Source: Ostreococcus lucimarinus (taxonomy: Eukaryota). From it: a stretch of DNA of 64,000 bases. Below, in pieces: positions 11,801 through 21,135 of the stretch. The notes beneath the pieces were generated by a model. That model was not told where the DNA came from. It did not search any database and saw nothing but the letters and a program-made list of their open reading frames with translations. The translations under genes were made by a program, and so were the position numbers. The stretch is from assembly GCA_000092065.1 (NCBI GenBank), contig CP000585.1. One strand, given 5' to 3'. Every line of letters begins with the position of its first letter. The first letter of the stretch is position 1.

Positions 11801-14800
11801 GACCGGAGGATGAGCTCCTCGCTGACTCAAGTGAAGTTTCATATTCACTTATAGCGGTCTCCAGACGCTGGCGTTCGAGCTCAAGTTCATTGATACGGGC
11901 TTCCTTCTCCTCAATTTCATCCTTGTGCGTGTGACGCGCAGCAGTGAGAAGTTTTTCGTGCTCGTCGATGGAAGCTTCGAGGCGCTTGACGAGCGCTTCC
12001 AATTCAGTAATACGGCGCTGATCGACGTCCTTCTTCTTCAACGATTCAAATTTCGCGCGCAATTTTTCAACCTCGGACTTGTTCTTTTCATCCGTCTTTC
12101 GAGCTGACCTATTGGCATTGTCGAGTTTTTTCTCGAGATCACGTATCGTTTCTCGCAAGGCATCCGCTTCTCTTCTGGAAACCTTCACAGCTTCGTCATA
12201 CCGCTTTTTCGAATCCTTGTCCAGCGTGTCGAGATCCCTGTTCAGTTGCTTCGCGAGTTTACCACTCTCGGAGAGTTTCTCCTCCAAATCTTTGACTTTC
12301 ATCCGCGCTTGCGACTCATCCGAAGCCATCTTACCCTTTAACGTAGTGATTTCGTCTTGATGCGCTTCTTCCTTCTTCGCGGCGTCGTCAGCGCGTTGCT
12401 TCAGTTTGGCGTTGGATTCATTCAACGACGTAATCGTGCGCTGAGTGAACTCTACGTAGAGTTTATGATCAGCTCTCATGCCACGAGTGAAGTCCTTTGA
12501 GGTATCGAAGAACCTGTCATGACGATCTCGCTGTTTGACATTCGTAAGGAGTAGTCTCCATCTTGCCGCCGCGAGCTTCGCGGATGATGTCTCCTGGAGC
12601 CCGGCATAAAGTGAACTCGTTTCGTCGAGGCGGTTACGGAGCGTCGCGCACTCCGATCTCAATCGCGACTCTTCTGAGGAGAGTCGCGCTTTTGTTGATT
12701 CCGCGCTCGACTGGAGTTCTTTCATGCCATCCTCCAAGGAGGCGATGAGCTGTTGAAGCTCCTCAATTCGAGCTTCCGACGCCTTCTTTATCCCCAGATT
12801 CTTTGCGACTTCATTTTCGAGTTGCTTCTTAAGATTACGAATTTCGTCGTTCAGAGAGTTGATCGTTCGCTCGCTTTGCTTTTCAATTGAGGCCCGATTC
12901 TTTTCCGCTTCTTCAAACTGCTTCTTCATGACGTTCAAATTGTCATCGCGTCGCTTTCGCAACATCTTGAGCTCTTCGTCAACCTTTGATTTGCTCTTTT
13001 TACTTCCTTCCAGGTCATTCTTTAGCGCCGCAACCGTGTCACCGAGCGAACGAACCGTCTTTGTCGATGCCTCCGCGTGAAGACGGTATTCAGTCCTCAT
13101 CGACTTGACAAAGTCGCGAGCTGTGTGCGTAAATCGGATGCCACGATTTCTTAGACGAAGCTCGTTGGCCAACATCGACCAGCGAATACGGACACGATCC
13201 CTCTTCGAGGCTACGTGAGCTTCCGCTTCCGCTTTCCACGCGTCTCGGATGTCTTTGATTTCCTGCTCGAGGGAGCGAGAATATGCCGTCTTCGTTTCGT
13301 GTAACGAGTTCTGATAACTTTCGACCATACCTTCGAGCACCCCAATGCGCTCGTCGCGCGCCTTCATAGCGCCGTCGGTCTGGAACATTTCGCCTTGCAT
13401 CTGTTCGATTTGCGTCTCAAATTGCTTGGATTGCTTATGCATTTCCTTCAGGTCCGTCTTCGACTTTGCTATAGTACCTTCGAGCGACTTGTTCTTGCTT
13501 ACCATATCAGCGAGCTCCTTCTTTAGCGCTGCTATTGTGTCACCAAGCGAGCGAACTGTTTTTGTCGTGCCCTCGGCGTGAAGCCGATATTCAGTCTTCA
13601 TTGACTTGGCAAAGTCCTTTGAAGTATTCAGGAATCGAAGGTGTCGCTTACGCGTGCGAAGGAGCGAGCACAATGCAGTCCAGCGGCTCGTCGCGAGTTC
13701 ACTCTGCAAGACATCGATACGCTCTCGCAAAGTTGAAATTTCGCCTTCAAGTTCACGGGAATACCGCGTTTTTGTTTCGTGCAGAGATTCCTGATACTCA
13801 CTCACCATCTTTTCAAGCGCTTGAATACGATTATCGCGGGCGGCCAACGCAAGTTCATTATTGAATTTGAATGCGTCACTCTCACGGACTTCGTTCTTCA
13901 ATGCTGCCGCAAACTGTTTCGAATTCTGGAAGAATCGATTATGCCGAGCCTTGAATGTAAGGAAGCGCGCAAAGTGAGACCAACGAAGCGTGGCCAGCTT
14001 CGATCGATGCTCGCTGTCGCCTTCTGCAAGACGCTTTTCTAACTCGACAACACTTTCCGCCAGCGATTCTTTACTTGCCATCATATCGCTGAGGTCCTTT
14101 TCAAGCCTTTTGATCGTCTTGTCACTCTCACGGACTTCGTTCTTCAATGCTGCCGCAAACTGTTTCGAATTCTGGAAGAATCGATTATGCCGAGCCTTGA
14201 ATGTAAGGAAGCGCGCAAAGTGAGACCAACGAAGCGTGGCCAGCTTCGATCGATGCTCGCTGTCGCCTTCTGCAAGACGCTTTTCTAACTCGACAACACT
14301 TTCCGCCAGCGATTCTTTACTTGCCATCATATCGCTGAGGTCCTTTTCAAGCCTTTTGATCGTCTTGTCAAGGGACCGTATCGTTGCCGTCGCCGCGGCA
14401 GCGTGCTGCCTATATTCCTCCTTCATGGATCTGGAGAAGTCCTTTGAAACAGCGTAAAATCTGGCGTGCTTTTGAATGATTCGTGATTTGCTATACATCG
14501 CGGCCCATCGCAATCTTGCCCGTTCACTCCTTCCGTTCGCGATCGCTGAAGCGTGCGCAGCCTGTTCCGAGGTCAGCCTGCTTTGAAGGCGTGCAACTTC
14601 GCCCTCGAGGTCGCGGGAATACCTCGTCTTTGTTTCGTGCAATGAGGATTGATACTCCTGCAACATTCCTTCGAGGGTCACAATGCGCTTGTCTCGAACA
14701 TCCAAGCATTCCGCGTGATCTCCCCTGAGCTTCGCAATAATCGCTCGCAGTTCATCATTGCGCTTCGTGAGTTCGGCGTTTGTTGCTTCGGCTTTGTCTT

Positions 14801-17670
14801 GCAGAGACAAATATCTTCTGTTGATCGATTCTGTACCTTTCACGGCTGAATCCAGTGAACTACGCAACGTGTCGTTCGCTTGAGCCATGTCTCGCTCTCT
14901 GGTCGCCGAGAATTCTGCATTGACGTTGTACTGATGCTTGAGAACGCTCAATTCGTCAGCAAGTGCCAGTAATTCAGACTTAGCACTGTCGCGCGATGCC
15001 GTCATGTTAAGCAAATCATTCTGCAAAAATTCAACCTTTTGCTGCCATTCCTTGACGTTCGCTGCGTGACTTCCGCGAAGTTGTCTATCCCTGGCGTCGC
15101 TCTCACTCGTCTTAAAATCAAGCTGAAGTCTGAGTTCGGCGATTTGAGCCTGAAGCTGCTGCGCGCTCACATCAGCGGCGCGCGTCTCCACTGGCCGCAT
15201 CGATTCGACATGTTGAATCTTGATGTGCTTCTCTTCAAGAATCTGGCAGCGCTGCGTAACCTCACGAATCGATTTGGTAACTGAGACCTTGTGCTGCTCG
15301 GCCATCAAAGTCGACTTGGTGGATTCGGATACCGCAACTTCAAGCTGCTTGCTCTTAATATCGAGCCTGCTCAGATCCACGGATTGCGTGTTGATGATGT
15401 TGTAGGCTTCACGCAGCTTAGCGGCCTCGTTCTGCTTCACCAATGTGAATTCCTTGTCCTTTTCGCGCAGAAGTCGTCTGTACTTGGCGACATCTTCTTC
15501 ATTCTTCGCACGCAACTGCTTACACTGCTTCTCAAGCTGAGCCATTTTCAATTGATCCGCCTCGCTCATCGACGGCACCGCGGCTGTCTCGCCATCGGTT
15601 GCACGTACCGGATATTTTTTGGCAATTTCGTTCTCAAGCGCTTGAACTCGTCGCTGATCCTTCTCACGAAGCTCGCAGACAGTCTTCAATTCAGTCTCTG
15701 TGTTAGTGAGCTTTACGAGTAGAGCGTCGTACGCGTTCTTGAGGCTTGTTCCGCGAATGGACGCGCGCCATTTTGCAACACCGAGCGCGGCGCGACGGTC
15801 GGATAACTCGGCTGTTCTCGACTCGAGTTCGCGTTCAATGCCCGTGATTTGATCGCTAAGACTATCGATCTTCTCGTCTCGGCTACGAAGGTCACGAATG
15901 TACGACGCGTGATCCGTTTTCAATTCGAGGATTTCTGCATCTTTACTCTTTAGTGACGATTCGAGCAACCCCAAAGAGTCCGCAGCGGCTTGCTTCTGAC
16001 TCTCCATCGACGCTTGTGCGGATTTGAATGCCTCAGTGCTGGAGTGTTTCAACTCTTGGAGCGCAGCCTCACCGTCGGAGATCTGCTGTCGCAGTTGCGC
16101 AATGATAGTATTCGACTTGATGACGTGCGCGCTGTGCGCCTGTTGAGCCGCCGAGTGATCAGCGTCGAGTTTCTCCGACGCATCTCGAAGAGTCGCGATT
16201 TCCTTACGTAACTCATCGATCAACGCGGCGTTTCGCTCGTTGTCGCGGCTTTGTAACTCCTCTTTTGACTTGAGCTGCACTTGAGACTCAACTTCATCCT
16301 TCCGTAACTTTTCTATGGTGTCCAAATACTCAAGCATGCGCGTCTTGAGCGCAAAGTTTTGCATTCGCGAAGTTAAGTGCGCGAACGTCAATCCGGTTCT
16401 CCGCTCGATCAACGTTCGTTCAACGTCCGGCACACCCTGATTGGAATTGTAGTGAAGTGTGTGACGGTCGCTTGTCATCAAGTCACGGATTTTCGCACGG
16501 CAAACTTGAAGTTCTTCCTCTATCAAATGCTTGCGGCCTCGGACACTTTCTTCGCGCGATTCCGCTTTGGACAAGAGACGCATCAGTCGCGAAATCTCGG
16601 CGCGTAGATTCGTCCGATCCGTGTCAAACTTAGTGCGATCTCGCTTGCGCGACTTTTCACTCTGCGTGATCTTCGTGCGAATAATGGTCGTCTCGCGTAC
16701 GTGCGACTCAATGCTCTCCTTCAACTTGCGCTCAATCACCGTCGTCGTGCTCTGCGACTGCTCCAACTCCTTCGTTAGAAGCTTGATTTCTGAGGTGAGC
16801 TTCTTCGAAGTGGTTTGAAGTTCTTTCGTCGCGCTGTCGCGCTCGCCCGTCACAGCGTTGATCCGCACTCTTAAAGCATTGAGTTCATCCTTCAGGCGAT
16901 CGACTTCTTCGGACTTGCCATCGAGGCTCTTCTTGAGAGCAGCGTTTTCGATTTCAAGTTTGTGTTTGTCATCTTCCAACTTCGCGAAGGCCTCGTTGGT
17001 TGATATAGAGATGTTAATCGACGACTTGATGTCATACGAGCTCTTTAACTCGATTTCAAGCTTCGAAATGCGCTCCTGCGCGTTCGCGTTGATTTTCTCG
17101 AGCTCGATGATGTCCTTCTTCAACTTGGCGTTCAAGTCGTCGAGTTGATCGCGCTTGCGGCGTTCGTCGAGCGCATTTTGCTTAGTCACTCGATTCGCGG
17201 CCTCAATAGCAGCCTCGAGAGAGCGCTTTGCCTTTACTCGATCCTTCTCCGCGTTTGCAGTCAGTTCTTGAATCTTCTTTTCCATATGTGCCTTGAGGTC
17301 GTTCAACTCTTGCTCGAGCGCGGCCTTCGCCGAACGCTCCTCGCCGAGCCAGCGCGTGTGCTCCTCGAGCGCGGCTTCTGCGGTCGCGCGTCGCTTGTGA
17401 CAGTCGCCACAATCATTGCGCTCTGCACGAAGCGCTTCTTCTGCACGTAACGCTCGAACGCGCCAACTATCATCGACAGTCTTGACTCCGCCGTCTGTGC
17501 CTCGCCATGCTTCGAGCAGGGCAAGCGGTTCAACACGAAAACTCACCCCCATGGGGTTATCGACGCGTTTAATGAGCGGACTCGTGCTCAACTCGGGTTC
17601 ATCGTGCACGTCAGACCCATTCGTTAACCCATCCAACAGTCGAGAGATGGCGCTTGCGGAATCTTCTTTT

Positions 17671-17711
<41 letters not shown>

Positions 17712-17981
17712 TGCCTTGGGCTTGGGCTTCTCTCTCTTCGGCCTTGGCGACGGCGAGCGCCTCTCTCTCGCCTCGCGCGGCCGATTTATGAAATCATCCC
17801 GACTTTGTCTGGTATCGACCCCCAAAAGCATCCCTTTGAAGAAATTCACTGATTTCCCGTTCGCCTCCCCGTTCTTGGCCCCCGTCCTCGTCTTACCGTC
17901 CGTCGGCGGAAGTTCGCACCCTTCGCCGCCGAATCGGCACTCTGCGCGCGCGCGAGCGATCATCGCACCATCGTCAATCAT
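5802..17981 (-). CDS. Giant (about 4,060 aa) coiled-coil protein with an N-terminal poly-Pro tract, at least 11 copies of a Trp-containing ~45-aa module, and an acidic C-terminal tail
   Basis: A single uninterrupted 12.2-kb ORF. The track start at 17987 is a TTG; the first ATG is the third codon, at 17981-17979. Heptad-like E/K/R/L/Q-rich sequence runs throughout. The module (K)SERAxLRWxxxxxxxRxxxRFxxxSKDFxxSMxxEYRLH...KTIRSL recurs. It ends in the acidic EDEPSEDGEQEEEPGYLEETEEILEIVEYDSDGNE. Undetected introns cannot be excluded. Confidence 0.7.
8024..8700. repeat. Intragenic tandem duplication, 2 x ~339 bp, near-identical, inside the giant coiled-coil gene
   Basis: The sequence from gcatttgccgacgcaggcacttgctttctcagctcgtcc through to cttaatcttttcctgagcggca occurs at about 8024-8360 and about 8361-8700 with only a few mismatches. 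The track shows identical 76-aa antisense ORFs at 8125..8355 and 8464..8694. It duplicates a 113-aa protein segment. Confidence 0.9.
9706..11693. repeat. Intragenic segmental duplication: two near-identical ~710-bp copies (9706-10415 and 10984-11693) separated by 568 bp (copy starts 1278 bp apart), inside the giant coiled-coil gene
   Basis: Identical strings such as ttgctcgaaatccgcttgcgattgctgcgcgcgtgcttcagcgctgtcagcatcagctttcatgcg begin at 9721 and 10999. Identical antisense ORFs sit at 9924.. and 11202... The duplication covers an approximately 235-aa protein segment. More diverged paralogous copies of the same unit exist elsewhere, for example about 9390-9480 against 10925-10990. Confidence 0.9.
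13875..14370. repeat. Intragenic tandem duplication, 2 x 246 bp, near-identical, inside the giant coiled-coil gene
   Basis: The sequence gtcactctcacggacttcgttcttcaatgctgccgcaaactg... occurs at 13875 and 14121. The track shows identical antisense ORFs at 13990.. and 14236... It duplicates an 82-aa segment. Confidence 0.9.
17673..17712. repeat. (GGC)13 microsatellite encoding the poly-Pro tract (P14) of the giant protein
   Basis: The run ggcggcggcggc... is visible. On the minus strand the CCG frame gives PPPPPPPPPPPPPP. Confidence 0.9.
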
Positions 17982-18808
17982 CGTCAATCGCGGTCATCGC
18001 GCGCGTTCCGATTCGCGCGCGTTCGCCTCGCCTTCGCTCGCCTCGCCTCGCCTCGCCCGCCGCGTTCAACCGCACGTACTCGCCAACCATTCAAATTTAT
18101 CGCTCCGCATCGACGCCAACGTCTCATCCGACCCCTTCGTCGTCCTCGCCCAATCCTCGCGTCCGATCGGCGTCGTCGGTCGCGCGCTCATCGCGCCTCG
18201 ATCGCCTCCGCGCCGGTCTCACGCGCGCGAACGCGACGCGATTCGAACGTTCGTTGATTCGCAATCGCAATCGCGATTCGTTCCGTGGGACGACCGTCCG
18301 CGCGGTCTCGTTCGCGTCGTTCGCGTTCGCTCGCGGTGCGCGCGCGCGTGCGTTCGCTCGCGCTCGCGCTCGCGCTCGCGCTCGCGTCGACGGCGCCGAA
18401 CACTGCCGCGCGCGCGCCTTCGGAATTGAATTCCCGAATCGAGGCCGACGCGTCATCCTCGCGCTCGACGAGTCACGACCCGTCGCGAGTGGATTTCTCA
18501 TAATACACACACGGACCGTCGCCGCCGCGGCGCCGCGCGAAGGGTCGGTCGCGCGAGTGCGCGGCGCGGACCTCGCGCGCGCGTCGAGCGACGCGTTCGC
18601 GCGCGCGCGGATCGACGCGCGCGAGCGCCCGAAGCGTCCGCGCGGACGCGCGACGGCGTCGACGCGAAAAAGCGGCGACGCGCGGTGGAATCGCGACGAA
18701 AGGACGCCGAACGGACGGACGCGGAGAATCGAACGAGCGACGGCGTGACGCGCGAGCGGACGCGCGCGCGCGCGAGTGGACGCGCGTCGGACGCGAGCGT
18801 CGAAGACG
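17982..18808. promoter_or_regulatory. Divergent (bidirectional) promoter / 5'UTR region between the giant coiled-coil gene (-) and the ACT-domain kinase (+); contains simple repeats
   Basis: The two ATGs face away from each other. The region contains (GCCTCG)n at about 18033-18058, (CGCTCG)n at about 18355-18400, and a cgcaatcgcaatcgcgattcg near-palindrome at about 18258. The inference is positional. Confidence 0.4.
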
Positions 18809-20536
18809 ATGAGTCGGCAGAGAGAGTCGAAGGAGGAAGTCGCGCGACGAGCGTTGGCGGAGTTTAGTTCGCAGATCGAAGAGGTTACGCGGAGCTCGGG
18901 GGACGCGACGACGAGGGCGCGGGTGGAGCGACATCTGACGCGATTGCCGAGGCAGTACTCGCTGGACGTGAACTATCTTGAGGATATTCTCGCGCACGCG
19001 GATATTCTGGATAAGGCGGCGACGGATGATCGCGAAGGGACGGGGGGGCGGAGGTCGGGGGTATGGTGCACGTGTCGCGAGGTCGACGTGTCGAGAAAGA
19101 ATGCAGAGGTCGTCGACGCCATGGATGCCGACGATTCGACGTCGATGGATCATAACTCGCGCGGCGTGGATATTCTACGTCATGGAAGTGGGTACGGGGG
19201 ATCACACAGCGGGTCGACGAGACCCAATTTGCGCGCGCCGACGTTTGGTTCGAGCTTGACGTTGACGATGCTCGGCAGTACGGCGGATCCTCGACAGGTG
19301 GGGATGTACGAGATCGCGGTGAGCGCGGGGAACAAACCACGTTTACTCTCGCGCGTGTCCGCCGTTTTATTCGACGTTGGGTTGAACATTGCCGAAGCGC
19401 ACGTTTTTTGCACCGACGATGGTTACGCGTTGGATATTTTCATAGTCACGGGTTGGCGACAAGGAGACGCGGCCTCGGTGCAATCAGCCGTACAGACAGC
19501 ATTAGATGCCGCGGACTTTAGCGATTTACCGGCATCTTCGAAAGGAACGAACGCGATCACCTCCAGTCAAGGATCTGAGGGCAGGATGTCGAACCCCTCT
19601 GGCGATAGGTCAAACTCAGATTCCATCTCCATAGACGGCGGCGAATGGGAACTCACTGAAAAACAGCTCGTGTTTAACGAAAAGATCGCTAGTGGAGCGT
19701 TTGGGCTTTTGTATAGGGGGAGCTACTGCGGCCAAGAGGTGGCCATCAAAGTCCTGAAGAGCAACGCCGCGGAGGGCTCGGGGGCCGAGACGTTGCGCGA
19801 ATTCGCGCAAGAGCTCAACATTTTGCGACGTGTTCATCACAAGAACATCATACAGCTCATCGGAGCGTTGACAAAGCAAAAAACGATGTGTCTAGTCACC
19901 GAATTCATGCACGGTGGGAACCTTCTGCAGTACGTGCAAGAGCACGCGCTCAAGCTTCCCGAGCTCATTCGGTATTCTCTAGGAGTCGCCATGGGTTTGG
20001 ATTACTTGCACAAGATTAACATCATCCATCGCGACATCAAGACGGCGAACTTACTTTTGGATGAAAATAACGCGGTGAAGATCGCAGACTTTGGCGTCGC
20101 GCGCATCCAGCCCACGGATGGGTCAACCATGACGGCGGAAACCGGCACTTACCGATGGATGGCGCCCGAAGTCATCGCGCATCAATTCTATAACGAGAAA
20201 GCTGACGTGTACTCGTACGGTATCATGGTTTGGGAGCTCGTGAGTGGCGGCGAAGTACCTTATCCCGGCTACACCCCCTTACAAGCCGCTGTCGGCGTCG
20301 TGCAGCGCGGGTTGCGACCGACGATTGCTCCGTCGTGCCACGCCGTCATCGCGCAAGTGATGCAGTACTGCTGGCTCGTCGACCCCAACGCCCGCCCTGG
20401 TTTCGAGCAAATCATCTCGTTGCTAAAGCACGTCGACGTTCCGCGCGAACAAGAGGGCAAGCACGGGTTTTTCGATCGTTTGAGATCGGTGAGCTTCAAG
20501 TCAAAGAAAAAGGAAGCACAAACGCGCAGCGGTTGA
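18809..20536 (+). CDS. Ser/Thr (dual-specificity, TKL/STY-type) protein kinase with an N-terminal ACT domain
   Basis: The track start at 18776 is a GTG, and the first in-frame ATG is at 18809 (MSRQRESKEE). The ACT-like segment is VGMYEIAVSAGNKPRLLSRVSAVLFDVGLNIAEAHVFCTDDGYALDIFIV. Kinase motifs present are GSGAFGLLYRG, VAIKVLK, HRDIKTANLLLDE, DFGVAR and GTYRWMAPE. Confidence 0.85.
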   Translation: MSRQRESKEEVARRALAEFSSQIEEVTRSSGDATTRARVERHLTRLPRQYSLDVNYLEDILAHADILDKAATDDREGTGGRRSGVWCTCREVDVSRKNAEVVDAMDADDSTSMDHNSRGVDILRHGSGYGGSHSGSTRPNLRAPTFGSSLTLTMLGSTADPRQVGMYEIAVSAGNKPRLLSRVSAVLFDVGLNIAEAHVFCTDDGYALDIFIVTGWRQGDAASVQSAVQTALDAADFSDLPASSKGTNAITSSQGSEGRMSNPSGDRSNSDSISIDGGEWELTEKQLVFNEKIASGAFGLLYRGSYCGQEVAIKVLKSNAAEGSGAETLREFAQELNILRRVHHKNIIQLIGALTKQKTMCLVTEFMHGGNLLQYVQEHALKLPELIRYSLGVAMGLDYLHKINIIHRDIKTANLLLDENNAVKIADFGVARIQPTDGSTMTAETGTYRWMAPEVIAHQFYNEKADVYSYGIMVWELVSGGEVPYPGYTPLQAAVGVVQRGLRPTIAPSCHAVIAQVMQYCWLVDPNARPGFEQIISLLKHVDVPREQEGKHGFFDRLRSVSFKSKKKEAQTRSG

Positions 20537-20765
20537 CGAACGCCGCGACGACGCCCGTGCGTCGTAGTCTTAGCTACACGAATTACGCGATGTATGACCG
20601 CGTGTCTGTTATTCAAAGCGAGTCACTCGTCGCTTTCTCGAACAACCACTCCGTCCCGCGTCCCTCGTGCCGCACACCGCCGCTCGCGCTCGCGCGAGCG
20701 CGGTTTCGATGTCCGATCATGGCTCTCGCCCTCCTCGCCCAGGCAGCACGCTTCTCTTCAGAATC

Positions 20766-20948
20766 ATGAACCCCGAACTGTTCTACACCGTCCCCAAGCC
20801 CGTTCTCGCCGTCGGCGCCGCCGTCGTCGCCGTCGCGTGCGCCAACACCGCCCGTCTCGTCCTCACCGCCGACCGACCCGAGCGCGACGCCGCGCGCGCG
20901 CGCGAAAACTTCGTCGACGACGACGACGGCGACGACGCGCAGCCGTAG
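20766..20948 (+). CDS. Candidate small single-pass membrane protein (60 aa: MNPELFYTVPKPVLAVGAAVVAVACANTARLVLTADRPERDAARARENFVDDDDGDDAQP)
   Basis: An ATG-initiated ORF in the 600-bp gap between two plus-strand genes. It has one hydrophobic helix plus an acidic tail. I recognise no homology, and in GC-rich DNA it could be spurious. Confidence 0.25.
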   Translation: MNPELFYTVPKPVLAVGAAVVAVACANTARLVLTADRPERDAARARENFVDDDDGDDAQP

Positions 20949-21135
20949 CCGTAGCCTTAGCCGTAGAATCCCAGCCCGCGTTCGTCCCAGCCGCGCCGCG
21001 CCGCGACCGCGACGCGTCGCGGTCGCGCGTCCAACACTATTAGTGTTACACTAAACGGTAACGCTCGACCGATCGAGCGACGCGACACAGCGCGACACAG
21101 CGCGACGCGCGCGCGACCGGACGCGCGCGGTCGTC

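Noticed and set aside
17673-17712. (GGC)13 plus the nearby hexamer repeats considered as CRISPR-like or regulatory arrays
   Set aside because: There are no spacer-repeat units. The (GGC)13 run is inside a coding region and encodes poly-Pro, and the hexamer runs are simple microsatellites in a eukaryotic promoter.
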